Positions 35,421 through 48,635 of a stretch of 64,000 nucleotides of DNA are shown piece after piece (within the stretch, counting starts at the first letter, position 1; each line of letters opens with the position of its first letter). The stretch lies in NCBI RefSeq assembly GCF_018350175.1, contig NC_058368.1, positions 54,066,001 through 54,130,000 on the forward strand. Reading direction: 5' to 3'. Under the pieces are notes generated by a model. It searched no databases. It saw only the letters and a program-made list of their open reading frames with translations, and was not told the origin of the DNA. The stretch is from Felis catus (taxonomy: Eukaryota). The translations under genes were made by a program, and so were the position numbers.

Positions 35421-37504
35421 GAATGCAATGTTGGGTGCAGCTCTTGTAAAGTATCCCCAAATTAATTCTCACATTGCATTCCAAAGTTATAACTGGGATT
35501 ACTTTTGGAAGATATTTCAGAATTACAAAAGAATGTTAATGTAAAATTTCACAGTGAAGCCCATTTTCAAAGGTGTTGTGCAAAGTTCCAGAGAAGCAAC
35601 CCTGATGCATGAACAGGTGTTGCCATTTTCCTAATGTTGAAAAAAACTGAATCCATGGCAACACTTGCTGCACCAAAAGTCACTTCTAAGTTCTCAGGTT
35701 GCACCAAGTAACATGCTTTCTTAGTCCTAGCTATTGAACAGGATTGTGTGACATACATTTGGAATCTCATCTCTGCATTCATTTTATTTTCTGTATTCGT
35801 TTGGATTTACTTCATTTTATAAGTATAATTGTCCTCAATACCTTTTTTTTTCTAGATGAGGCATTGTATAAACCTTTGTGAATTTTGCCTCCAAGTTTTA
35901 GTAGAAGGCATCAATAGGGACAGTGTAGACATGCTTCTTTACCAGTAGGTTTGCTGGCTGAGTTAAGTCAGTATTTTCAAGGTTGTATTTACTCATCTAA
36001 GCTTCTGATTTATGTTGTAGTAATGGGAAAATGTAGTTTTAAAACAACTCTAGTTCCAGGGTCTTTGTGAAATTGAACAAACCACTTGGCCTTACTGGCT
36101 TCAGACCCAGTTTTGATGCCTACAGGGAAATTCTGCAGTGATATGATATGTGAGAGAAAGAAAAATTAATAGGTACTGACTATTTGGTTGTTTTGTTAGT
36201 TTTATAATCAAGGCAATTTATTTATATATTCACAATTAAAACTGGCCTGGAACACAATACTGTATACTGCTTCCAAGGGAAACTATTTAGGTCTTTCTCC
36301 TCACATCCCAAATGCAATAGAAAACTTAATTTATGCATGGTCTCTACTAGGAGGGACCTTCCTAAATTCAAGGGCTTTGCCATCATGGACCTTTTAAAGA
36401 TTTGGTGGCCATGATTGTGGTCATTCAATTTTTGAATTGCTTTGATTTTCCAAATTCCATTGATACTGCCTCTAGGAGAGATTGGGAGTGACTACACTAA
36501 AAGATGCCAAGGAATTCAAAATAGACCAGGAGAGTTCTTATCTATATAGCCTGGAGAACTGGAAACAGTTTATCTCTGCATCTAACCTTCTTTGATGATG
36601 TCCTTTATCCCTAACCAAACTGGGAGAAAGATCTGGAGTGGTTAAGAGGGTGGTCTTGATGAGCTGACTTTGAACAGGAGGCTCCCGGGAGTCTTGTCTT
36701 TTTCAGAGACCTTATATCCAACCTGAATCCACCTAGTGGTTTCTACTGGTAAATCAATCTTCCAGCTATGACCATGCAAGTTATTACTACAATGTATGCA
36801 AAGTCAGATGTGGACTGAAGTTCTCTAACAAGGCAAAACAGAATCTCTTTGCTGGCCAACATGATTTTCTCATTATATTTTTAATACAGTGTATTTGTCC
36901 CTTGACCTGAAGATTAAGCCTTTTCCTTTGTAGGACTGATATGTGCAAAGAAACTCTAATCAGTGTAAACACTGCATTGTTGCTTTGCCTTTACTCTAAT
37001 AGCCTGAGGTTTATTTGTTTTTCTGTTTGTTTTTAACATTTGATCCACTTTGTTCTGCAATCTTTTTAACTCAATGCTAAAGCTTCATATAAGTGAAAAT
37101 CATACATTAAAATGAGTATTTGGATATTACTGGCCAAGCTTAGTAGCAGTAGGAAGATTTTAGCCTCTGAATAAATAAGAGATTTGGGTTTTATATTTTT
37201 CATTATGAGGACACTTGATCAAAAGAGCATAGAAAGTTCAACTTGTTTTCTAAGGAAGATGTAGTCAAACAGATTCCACTAAAGTCATTCTTATGGACCA
37301 GATGCCACAATATCGAGGATGCCAGCAAGCCCTGACTTAATTTCAGTTAACAACTCAAATCTAAAAATGTTTAATTTGGTAAATGGAGTAAGAGTGCATG
37401 CAAATTTAATTTGTTTGCTTCTTTGGACAGGAAGTGTTTTGAAGCTACAGGGAGTTGTGAATCATTTGAGGATATTATGGTGTTTATATAAAACTGCTTT
37501 TCTC

Positions 37505-37506
37505 AT

Positions 37507-37557
<51 letters not shown>

Positions 37558-37748
37558 TTTTTGAGAAATTTATTTTTGAGAAGGGGGAGGGGCAGAAAGA
37601 AAAAGAGAGACAGAGAATTCCAAGCAGGCTCCGTGCTGCCAGCACAGAATCCTCCACACTCAGAGCTCGAACCTACATATTGTGAGATCATGACCTGAGC
37701 CTAAATCAAGAGTCAGATGCTTAACCGACTGAGCCACCCAGATGCCCC
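37505..37748 (-). mobile_element. CanSINE with expanded (TTTA)n tail
   Basis: About 13 TTTA units, then an antisense SINE body; degenerate TSD taaa..gcttt. Confidence 0.92.
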
Positions 37749-38034
37749 TAAACAGCTTTCCTGTACACACTCTGTGTTGAGTATGACTCTTCAAAAGGAT
37801 AGACTATCCCAGGTATCTTGGGAGTGTATATAAGAGCTGCCATATACTTCTTTGTTAGGGGCCTGAAACTACAATAGAAAGATTCTTCACCCTCTCAATC
37901 TTAAAAGAAAGAAAACACACACTCTGATCTTTGTAAACATTAGACGCTCAGTAGTGCTTTTCAGTTAATGAATGAAATTAATGAGTGTAATTAATATAAG
38001 CAAATATTTTTTCTTAGTTTGGTAAGTTTTTTTG

Positions 38035-38252
38035 AATTTTTTTAAAGATTTTTTTTTCTTAGAGCGAGAGAGCGAGAGAAAGAGACGGCACGAGCAAGGG
38101 AGAGGGACGGAGGGAGAGAGAGGAAGAATCCCAAGCAGTCTCCAGGCTCAGTGCAGAGCCCAACGCACGGCTTGAACTCACCACACTGGGATCCTGTCCT
38201 GAGCCAAAATTGAGAGTAGGTCCCTCAACTGACCTAACCATCCAAGCACCCT
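38035..38252 (-). mobile_element. CanSINE
   Basis: Antisense copy. Confidence 0.88.
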
Positions 38253-38389
38253 GAAATTTTTAATGACAGAATTTAAGAGTCATTCCTCTAGCCTGGACAT
38301 TATCATGGAAGTGAATGGAACATGTTTGTTAACACCATGATTTTCAATCACTGAAATAGCAAATATTATAAAATTAAAAAATAAATTCT

Positions 38390-38606
38390 GGGGCGCCTGG
38401 GTGGCTCAGTCAGTTTAAGTGTCCAACTTCAGCTCGGGTCATCTAGTAGTTTATGAGCTCGAGCCCCATGGGGCTCTGTGCTGACAGCTCAGAGCCTGGA
38501 GCCTGCTTCAGATTCTGTGTCTCCCTCTCTCACTGCCCCTCCCCTTCTCTCTCTCTGTATCTCTGTCTCTCTCAAAAATAAATAAACATGAAAATAAATA
38601 AATAAA
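38390..38606 (+). mobile_element. CanSINE
   Basis: ggggcgcctgggtggctcag head and A-rich tail. Confidence 0.92.
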
Positions 38607-38661
38607 TCCCTATGGAAGTTTTGTGTAATAGGAAGGGAGCCTGTAGAGAACACCTATTCTT

Positions 38662-38761
38662 TTTTTTTTTTAAGTTTATTTATTTTGAGAGAGAGAGAAA
38701 GTGTGCAAGTGTGGAAGCAGTAGAGACAGAGAGAGAGAAAGTGTGCAAGTGTGGAAGGAGT

Positions 38762-38810
<49 letters not shown>

Positions 38811-38906
38811 CCTAAGCAGGCTCTGTGCCATCAACACAGAGCCCGTCATGACATGAGAGGAAATCAAGAGTTGGACGCTTAACGAACTGAGCCATCCAGG
38901 CGCCCC
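38662..38906 (-). mobile_element. CanSINE with internal ~40-bp duplication and (GA)n
   Basis: TSD aacacctattctt; gagaaagtgtgcaagtgtggaag(c/g)agtagagacaga occurs twice. Confidence 0.92.
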
Positions 38907-39094
38907 AACACCTATTCTTAAAGTATATAATAAAGCAGTTAATAAACAGGCTGGTGATGGGTGGCTAGAGAATATAGGTAAAAGTAAACCCTTGTGAATT
39001 TCTTACTTTGAAAAGTACATTTGGCAAAAATATGACCATATTAATAATTAAAATTAAGTACTAATCTGTAGTGTCAAATTAAGAAGTTAGCACT

Positions 39095-39215
39095 GGGGCA
39101 CCTGACTGGCTTAGTCAGAAGGGCATGTGACTCTTGATCTTGGCGTCCTCAGTTTGAGCCCCATGTTGGGTGTAGAGATTACTCAACAATAAACAAACAA
39201 ACAAACTTGGGGGAA
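39095..39215 (+). mobile_element. Short CanSINE (tRNA-part type)
   Basis: TSD agttagcact. Confidence 0.8.
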
Positions 39216-39614
39216 GAAAGGAGTTAGCACTTGTTAACTTTCAAGAACTTATTTTATACACAGTTGCAAGAAAGCCACCAAATAGTGAACAATTTTGACT
39301 TTCATGTTCTATATGAAAATCTCCTTGCCGTTTTGCTAAATATTCGTCTCACCCTAGTTTGACATCATGCAGAGACAAAGTTGCATTATACCCTAAAAGA
39401 TACTAAAGTCGTGCATTTGAAAAATGAGAAATTAGGGCTTCAAAATTATTATTCCTTGTTTTTTTTTTAATTTTTTAATTTTAGCTGTAATTGCTAAAAG
39501 AAAATGATACTGAAGGTAGGATTCTCAAATGTCCTAATAGGTTTTGGAGGCTTTGGGAGTTCAAGACCTGGATTTAGATTTGGTCTCAGTAACTTTGGGC
39601 AACGCGATCCCCTA

Positions 39615-40155
39615 ATTCTTAAATTCCACCCTGGCTTCTCATTACTCCTAGGATAAAGATCCAAGTCCTTAACCCAACTTCAAGGTCCTACCATCCAGCC
39701 AGCCCCTTTCCCATCCCAGCATCCTGTTACACCGCATTCCTCTGTTGTCTGCCCTATGGCTATAACTACTACCTTTTGGGTGCTCAAAGTACATCTCTCC
39801 TGCAACGGGGCCTTTGTATATGCTATTCCCCCATTCACTTTTCTGGCCTTTCCCATATTAATGCCTACTAATCTTTCACCTAGCAGTTACCTTGTTCTCA
39901 GGGAAGCTTTTCTGACCTCTCTGAATAGGTCAGATCTCCCTTTTTCCTCTCCTGACCTTCTCTGCTACAAGCATATGTGTGATTAGGTAATCAATTAGTA
40001 ACTGTCCCCTTCACTGTATTTTAAGCTCCATGAGGTCAGGAATCCAAGTTAGATTTTTGCCTACCGTTTTACCCACAGCACTGAAGGGCCTGGCACAAAT
40101 AAGGAACTCAAACATTATTTTTAAATGCAATGAATGAATGAATAAAGAATGAATG
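39615..40155 (+). mobile_element. L2 3' fragment
   Basis: taagctccatgaggtcagg...cctggcacaaataaggaactcaa...tgaatgaatgaa. Confidence 0.75.
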
Positions 40156-40804
40156 AGGTAATAAACCTTAGCTCCCATTTGTAAAGGGGTTGCTATAAGG
40201 ATCGGATGATATAAAGCCTACCATATGGGGAGCTCTCAGTGGGCCACCATGATAATTTCAATTAACTTGGGCTAGGTGGTTTATTTGATGAAATTAGCTG
40301 TTTTGCCTTGGCATTTTAAAAAAAGTTTTTTAAAATCACTAAGCACAATTTGCTTTACTTTATGTATCCTATTTGCACTTACATGGAAATAAGAACCCAG
40401 GTTTAGAACAAGTTTTAATGACTGTATTTAGCTATATTTAGCTATTAATATTTCTATAGAAGCTTTAAGCTTACATTGATTTTTTGTTGTTGTTGTTTTG
40501 TTTTGTTTTCATGTATGATCTCCTCAGAGTAGATAAAGTACTTTAGGGACAAAGGGACCTATTTAAGCTGATGTGGTTGTTTCAGACTGGGATGTGTACT
40601 CATTGAATTCCTTGTTCAAGAAATCTGCAAGCTAGAGAAGTGTGAGTTCCCTCTTATTTGAGAGTGACTTCAGCATTTGGGCTCTTGTCCCACACTGAAT
40701 TTCACTGTATATTTTGGGGATGGAGCCTTGTGTCTGAAATGGTATTGAAGCCCCCTCTCTTGTTGGGTGGAAGATGTATGTTCACTTACATTAAATGTTG
40801 TCTG

Positions 40805-41031
40805 GGGGCGCCTGGGTGGCGCAGTCGGTTAAGCGTCCGACTTCAGCCAGGTCACGATCTCGCGGTCCGTGAGTTCGAGCCCCGCGTCGGGCTCTGGGCT
40901 GATGGCTCAGAGCCTGGAGCCTGTTTCCGATTCTGTGTCTCCCTCTCTCTCTGCCCCTCCCCCGTTCATGCTCTGTCTCTCTCTGTCCCAAAAATAAATA
41001 AACATTGAAAAAAAAATTAAAAAAAAATAAA
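40805..41031 (+). mobile_element. Young felid CanSINE (SINEC_Fc type) with TSD
   Basis: TSD taaatgttgtctg; near consensus with CpGs intact. Confidence 0.97.
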
Positions 41032-41589
41032 ATAAATGTTGTCTGCAGAGATATTTGTTGTATATTAGAATGCTCTATTTCACTGTCCTAAATTCCTTAG
41101 ATTATTGTGACTGTGTAAAGGTGAATTTGCATATGACTCAGAATAATAACAGTCAAATGCAATTCTTAGGTTGAGAGTCTTGCGCTGTGTAAGGAGTCCT
41201 ATTCTACAGCATTTTGGGAAATCAAGTAGATATCAAGTGCTCTCTCTTATTTAATATCAGCAAGTACGTATTGAGTTCTCTTATTTAATATCAACGTGGT
41301 GTGGCCTTCTAGGAGCAGAATTCCTGTCTTCATGGCCTAGGCCTGGGGAGCTGCTGGCTCTATGACTTTGATCAATGGATGTGAGATGAGCATTACCTAC
41401 TTTCTTAGAGCAAATCTAATGAGGAGATGAGGCAAATAGCCATGAAGGTACCAGAAAGCCATTTGAGGGAATCTACTAAGCCAATTTTCAGCTGAGTGCT
41501 ACTGATGCTTGAGGGTATATTGGGCCAATAGAGGTAATGCTTAACAAGGCTCATGAAGGAGGCAATCTCTGAACAAGACAGTTGGCTAT

Positions 41590-41824
41590 GGGGCGCCTGG
41601 GTGGCGCAGTCAGTTAAGCGTCCGACTTCAGCCAGGTCACGATCTTGCGGTCCGTGAGTTTGAGCCCCGCGTCAGGCTCTGGGCTGATGGCTCAGAGCCT
41701 GGAGCCTGTTTCTGATTCTGTGTCTTCCTCTCTCTCTGCCCCTCCCCCGTTCATGCTCTGTCTCTCTCTGTCCCAAAAATAAATAAACATTGAAAAAAAA
41801 ATTAAAAAACAAACAAACAAAAAA
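41590..41824 (+). mobile_element. Young felid CanSINE (SINEC_Fc type) with 17-bp TSD
   Basis: TSD aacaagacagttggcta. Confidence 0.97.
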
Positions 41825-42007
41825 AACAAGACAGTTGGCTAGTTGATTTCTTTGGTCCCCAGTTTACAGGTCTGGCATTTGTTTTTGTTTGGTTGGTTGG
41901 TTGGTTGGTTGGTTGGCAGTACAAATTATAAGTGTTTTGTTAAAGAATTTAACATTTCTCTGAATATATACAGAGAGTGTGGGTGAAAAAGGCCCTTATG
42001 TTTGTAC

Positions 42008-42220
42008 GGGGCGCCTGGGTGGCTCAGTCGGTTAAGTATCTGACTCTTGATCCTGGCTCAGGTCATGATTTCACAGTTTGTCAGATTGAGCCCCACGTTG
42101 GGCTCTGCAGCCCAACTGACAGCATGGAACCTGCTTGGAATTCTCTCGTCCCTCTCTTTGCGCTTCCCCTGCTTGCTCACTCTCTCTCTCAAATAAATAA
42201 ATAAACTTAAAAAAAAAAAG
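42008..42220 (+). mobile_element. CanSINE with TSD
   Basis: TSD cccttatgtttgta. Confidence 0.93.
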
Positions 42221-43249
42221 ACCCTTATGTTTGTAGTACTGTAACTTTATAGTGGAGGTCAACTAAGACAGTTCTAAATAGAAGGTGAAATATGTTAATT
42301 GCATTAAAAAGTCCTATAAGTAAGTATATTCAAGACATCATAGGGGCATTTCAAAATCAGGCAGTGCCAGGTTTGGGGGCAAAAAATGATTGTGTTCCTG
42401 TATTTGGCATGCTTTTCTCAAGAACTTTATAGAATTGTTAAAATAAGTTGCTTTCATGCCCTATCTTCTTGACCACTTTTCCGGTTATTAGTGGATCATG
42501 ATACTTCTGAAATGTAATATAATGTCAGACATCCTGCGTCCATGGTACTTAAGTGGCAAAAGGCATCTTCCATGTGGTAGTCACCAGCATTCCTGCTCAG
42601 CATGTATTATAAATCAAATCAGCTGGGATTGGGAGGGATTTAGTGTACTTCAGTAATAGAGTGGGGATTTTACCAAAAATCTCTAGTATATTTTGATGAC
42701 TTCCATCAAATCCCACTTATGCTTACTATTTGATGAATATTTATTTAAAAAATCCTTTATAGAAGTGTGAATTAAGCTTTATTCAAGACCTAACATAAAG
42801 TTAGCCACATTCAGTTGGCAACTTATTAAATATTTTTTTCAAATAACAAGAGTCCTTGCTTTGTTTTCAAATTCAGTGATTCTCAGCCCTGACTGCATAT
42901 TAGAATTCCACTTGGAGATTTAAAAAAAAATCAGATGATAAGATCTTTTACATAGCCTGATTTAGGTTGATCTCAGAGGGAGGACTTGTATAAATTTCTC
43001 CATCTTCCACTGTCTTAGTTTCCTTTCCCCCCACCCTCACCCCCCACACACAGTGGTAGTAAAAAGTGAGGATAAAACTATTCTTATGTCCAAGCATCGT
43101 TGTGAGGGATAATGCATTGGAATTTTAGAAGTCTGACCTACAATAAATGAAAGTCATTGTGTTATTATAACAAGACTATAATAGAGATTCATAGCTCACC
43201 AAGAACAAGAACAGAAAATAGAATAGACATCAAACAGAGTATAGATAGA

Positions 43250-43399
43250 TGAAGATGCTAGAACAGGCTCATACCTGCTTGCAAGGGCTGATTGTGGATA
43301 TCTCTTCTTGTCTCTACACCTAGCAATATTAGGTTTGAAAATCAGCCAAGATGGGTATGTTTACAATAAAGAAATCACTGAATGCTAAAATCAAGGTGT

Positions 43400-43447
<48 letters not shown>

Positions 43448-43480
43448 GTGCCCCAGAGATCTAGTTATTAACATTTATAT
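43250..43480. mobile_element. MER63-like hAT MITE containing (TTTC)n
   Basis: ggctcatacctgcttgcaagggctgattgtg...aaatcagccaagatggg...tagttattaacattta. Confidence 0.55.
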
Positions 43481-43750
43481 TTACATGAGAGGGCCAAGGC
43501 AGTTGACAAGGAAGTCTGGAGTGAAAAACAAAATATACATACTACATGGGCCTGGCCAAACATGGCATATGCCATTCATGGTTCCATGGCCTGAGCTTTG
43601 AGTCCCAAAGGGTTCTAAGAGAAAGAGCATGGTGGTCTTCACTTGGTTTTGAATCGAGAATCATTAGACTGTGATTGAACGCTTACCTAATCATTAATTC
43701 TAAGTTTTGAGGTAAATTACTTAAACCTGTTCTCAACAACCTAAGGATTT

Positions 43751-44130
43751 AAACTCATAGAAACAGAGTGTAGAATGGTGGTTGTCAGAGGCTAGGGGAC
43801 GGAGAAAATTGGGAGAGGTTGGTCAAAGGGCATGAACTGTCAGTTATAGGATGAGTAAGTTCTGAGGTTCTAACTTACAGCATGATGACTATGGTTAAAA
43901 ATAGTGTATTGTATACTTGAAGTTTGCTAAGAGAGTAAATCTTAAGTGTTTTCACCAAAAGAAAAGAAAAAAATCCAAACAAACCAGTTGCTATGTAAGG
44001 TGATGGACATGTTAATTAACTTGCTTGTGGGAATTATTTCACAATGTATACATATATCAAATCATCACGTTGTACACTTTAAATATATTACAATTTTTTA
44101 AATTATACCTCAGTAAAGTGGGGGGGAAAA
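43751..44130 (+). mobile_element. 5'-truncated L1 3' end (L1MA8/9-like) with TSD
   Basis: aactcatagaaacagagtgtagaatggtggttg...tatacctcagtaaag; flanked by ctaaggatt repeats. Confidence 0.85.
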
Positions 44131-44240
44131 CACTAAGGATTCACAGGATATACCGGGGGACACAGGCAGCCATAAGATAAACATGGTGCGCGTAGTTTCA
44201 TTCACTTAAATTCTTAAAACACAAGCAGCTAATAATGACC

Positions 44241-44255
44241 ATGATGATGATGAGG

Positions 44256-44293
<38 letters not shown>
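44241..44293. repeat. (ATG)n trinucleotide microsatellite
   Basis: Directly visible. Confidence 0.95.
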
Positions 44294-44295
<2 letters not shown>

Positions 44296-45284
44296 ATCCC
44301 ACTTGAGACCTACTTAAGGTTAATTTTGGAATGCTGCAGGAGCATATTTACAGTCCTTTGCCTTCGTTGGGTATTCCAGTGGAAATAGTTGGAAAGTATT
44401 GAAAAGTACTGGAGGGTCTCTGTGCCTCAGTTTCCTTATTGATCAGAATGGGATGTTTGTCACAATGAAATGAGATAATGGATTATAATCGCACAGTACT
44501 TGTAGTTACCGCCTCAGTTTTAAAGAATATTTGTTGGGTCAGTTCATGACCTAAGAACTTAGGGTAAGGTAAGGCACCCAGCCCAGAGTCTGAACTTTGA
44601 CTTCGGGCCTCAGTAGCCCTCTGTACTCCTTAAGACCATGAGTCCTAATAGACTCAGTAGAGCTAGATAAACCTAAAGAATCTCATTGTCTAAAATTTGT
44701 ATGTGGAAATTTATTTTCCACGTAAATCAGCATTTTTTTATTGTTCAACTTTACCTTTCGCTAACTTGCTTTAACAAAAGAGACATAGTAAACATTTTCT
44801 AGTAATGACTGAAACATTCTTCACTTAGGGAATTACAATGGTTTTTTAAAAAGCAGCTTGCATCATTCTGCTACTTCGTAATAGATTTAAAATGTGCAAC
44901 ATTGTTATTTTGGATTATTTCCTATGAATCTGTGTATAAAATCATGCATGTAAAAATGTCAATGTGATACTTTTAATTTCTTAATAAAGAAAATCCAAAC
45001 CAAGATTTTATTATTGTAGCAAGAAAAATAAATCTCCTAATACTGAGTTATACAGTTACTCAACTAGAAATTTACATTTTTATAATTTCTCCTCCTGGGA
45101 AGCAGCAGGTATGTAAAATTATTACATATTGTGTTTATGCTGCATGCACATAAAATTCAGTAGAAACCCCGAAAGTAAGCTCTTTGGAACCCAGACTTGA
45201 TTGCCAGGCTGAATACCCTCGGAAAACAAACTCTCTTTGTCTGAACATATGAAAGGTACCAAAAGAGAGTGAAAACTAGTTTTA

Positions 45285-45299
45285 CTTTTTTTTTTCTTT

Positions 45300-45347
<48 letters not shown>

Positions 45348-45360
45348 TTTTTTTTTTTTT
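45285..45360. repeat. (TTTC)n / poly-T tract
   Basis: Directly visible. Confidence 0.95.
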
Positions 45361-46546
45361 AACTTTTTGTTTTTGTAGGAGAACCAGCAGTGGAAGAAAA
45401 GATCACTTCCTCCGTAGACACTTTATGGGTTTCGGATTCTGTAAACTCTGCCATGTAACTTGACCCCAAAGCTAATGAAATCCTGTTAGATTTTCCCTGC
45501 CCTCCTTCCTGCTTCCACCTTTTCGATTGTCTCACCTTTTAAAAACTTGATTTGTATTTGTATATATGTGTGATCCTCATGTCATTGTTTGGCTTTTTAC
45601 CCAGGAACTTTTCACCTACATCCTCTCCTTCCCTCATTTGGCAGCCGGTTTGGGCTTCTTCCTGCCTTGAATACCACATTCCCTAGTTATTCAAGCTCAG
45701 TCATTAGCACCCTGTCCCCCTACTAAAATTATGAATGAAAAGCCTTGTTGTTCTTTACAAATAACTCAGGCTTCCTCAGTCAGTCAAATTCGGATGGCAG
45801 TGACTGCCAGACAAAGGGGCGGGATGATGGACAGTCCTCACAGCAAGTCGTCAATGCCCACAGGAAGTTTCTAAGCCACAATATAGGTAGAGAGGGTTGG
45901 GCGTTCCTGGAGGACAAGCCTACAGAAAGGGGCTGGGAGCGGGGCACTCTTTGTGTCTGTATGGATCTCAGAAAAAAATGTCCACGGAGCCCAGAGACAA
46001 CAATATCCAGAGTCCATTTTGCCCTAGCAAGAACGTAAAAATCCTTCCATGGAGACATCTACCTTGCAGTAATTCTGGTTGGAGCTGACACACGCAGACA
46101 AAAGTGAAGGCACCAGGCATTTACTTGGATTTGAATGCCGAACGGTGCGAGAGGGGGTTACGTGCTGGAGCCGCACACCTCCCTGCTGAGAAGTTGCATT
46201 GTCTTGGGTCCCTTTTTCACAACAGGGGAAAAGGTAATTGACAGCCCGATTGTTTGGCTGGGACCCCTGCTGTTTTAAAATCCTGGAAGGCCCCAGTCAC
46301 ACGTTGTCAATAATAGCCGTCGGAGGTGCAGAGTGAAGGACTGTTCAGGAAACAGTTTGAGCCCTTCAAGTGGACAGGCCTCAGTGACTTTTCTTGCACT
46401 CTGGCTGCCACAAGCAGCTCATTCAAAAATAACCTTAAAGTAATAAATCAAACTCGTTTCCTGAACTATACAAGGAACAGCTGGTTATTTTTCCTCACTT
46501 TTTTCTTTTTTTTTCAAAAACAAAAAAAAGAAGAGGTTGTTTTTTT

Positions 46547-46580
<34 letters not shown>

Positions 46581-48499
46581 ACAGGAAGTCAAGCATGTCA
46601 AAATTTGGCAAAGCAATTTGGATGATTTAACAGCTAAACACTTCTCTTTTTAATGTTATGCTTTCATCGGTCTTTTTTTATTTAGGCTTTTCAGTTTTGC
46701 ATTCTGTTTGCTGCGATGCGTGTCTCTTATCTATTCTCTTCTCACTTTGGAAAGGAAAATGAGCCCAGTCTCCTGTCAGAATAGTTTCGGTGCAATTTCT
46801 AGTGTATTGGTCAAGTTGCTCAACGTGGACAGCTCAAATTTGTTTTCTTTTACAGACAGAGTTTGGTTGTAGATCTACAGCTTCACGTATTTGTTTCTCG
46901 TGAGATCCATATATTTCGAAGTTCTGATGACAAGGCAGTTTTTCTTCAGTCTGTTGATTTAGAAACCCCAAGCTAGTACATATGTCGTAACTGAAGTAGT
47001 CTGGTATTTTAAGAAAGTACATTGTGGACTCTTTTTGTCTCTTTGTGTCTCTGTGTGTGTCTCCCTTGTTGAATATGTTTGCCCTCTGGATTCTGGAAAA
47101 ATCTGCCAACTTCTGATTGACTTTAAGAATAATTAGAAATTTGAGTATAAAGTGACAGAAAACAACTCCCTTCTGTGATGATTACTCTTTATTTCATAGA
47201 TGACTGGTACTTTGAACAGATCCATTCTATATGGAAATATTGTATGATTAGTCAGTGTGTGTGTCAGAGATTAGCTTTTCACAACTTGTGGACATTTAGA
47301 ATTAGGAAGGAAATGTATTTGAGTATCTGTCAAGTTTTAGGGCACTACATCTCTTTTAATCAATTTAAATATAATTAAACAGTCAAGATTAGATATAAAG
47401 ATTAGGTAACACATCTCTTTCATATGCTATTTTGACCACTACTTGAAAATTACAAAAAGAATTACTGATCATAGCTTAGCATTATATAAGAAACTACTTA
47501 ATTAAATTTCGGGATGCTTTCTTATCTGTATGATAAGTTTATTTTTCTCCTTCATTTTGTTAAAGAGATTACTCATTTGTAATAAAACAATTACAGTAAA
47601 AAGTATGTTTACAGGAAGATAATAATGGAATTTACATAGAATTAAACTACTGTAGGCTTCTGTTTCTATTCTTTTCTTCATCTACTTCTTTTTCTTTGTG
47701 TTTTGAGTAAATGACAGTGCCATAACAGCACAATAAATCCGTCTTTGAGCTGTAAGCTAGACCGGCACACTTTACTTTGTATATACGCCATGGCTCAGGT
47801 GAAGCCTGTGAACGCAGCAGTGGGTGTGGTGTCCGTATAAATGTTCTTGCATATATGGTTGATACATCCTGAACCTGTTTAGATGTAACATTTCTTTACT
47901 TTCAGCATTTCTAACTTCAAACATGTGATATGTGACGGGATAGACTTCCTTGAGAACTGTATTAACAGGTTTCAAAGAGTTCAATTCTGAGGTTAATACC
48001 ATGTCAGAAAACAATGTTCCTCGAAAATTTGCACAATAATTATGTATACGATCATATAAATGACTACAGAATACAATTCAGAATTCATATGTGAGTTATA
48101 TAAATCACGTATTCTGAGTGATACGAAATACCCACTTCTGTAGGTGACTCCTTCCCTCCTGGTTAAGTCGCAGCCTTTCATTTTGCTAAGAGATGCTCAG
48201 GACTCGATGAGTTAAGTGGACTCTGAACCTGCTGATGTTCCCGACAGCCTCACATCTCCTCCCATGGTCCTGCAGACTCTGGCTGCTGCAGGGGTGAGAT
48301 AGCGAGTGTAGACTGAAAGTGCTCTGCACAGACTTGCTTTCTAGCCTCCCGTTCAGCTGCCAGTCTCACAGCTTGCCCTGAGAATGGACTTCCTGTGCTG
48401 TCATTTACACTCAGTATCACACTAAGCACTCTTTGTCACTCAGCCTTTGAGAAAGAAGGGGGTGAGATAACAAATCTAGACTGCTTGTGTTGACTTTGT

Positions 48500-48635
48500 G
48501 GATAAAGTAAAGGGCTGGAGTCAAGAACCCAGGGTCTTATCCTAACTTTGTGACTGCCTTTCCTGTGACATTGAGCCAGGCTTTTGACCTCTCCATTCCT
48601 CAGTTTTCCTCATCTATCAAATGAGGATCAGTATG
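48500..48635 (+). mobile_element. MIR
   Basis: ggagtcaagaacccagggtctt...cctcagttttcctcatctatcaaatgagg. Confidence 0.7.
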
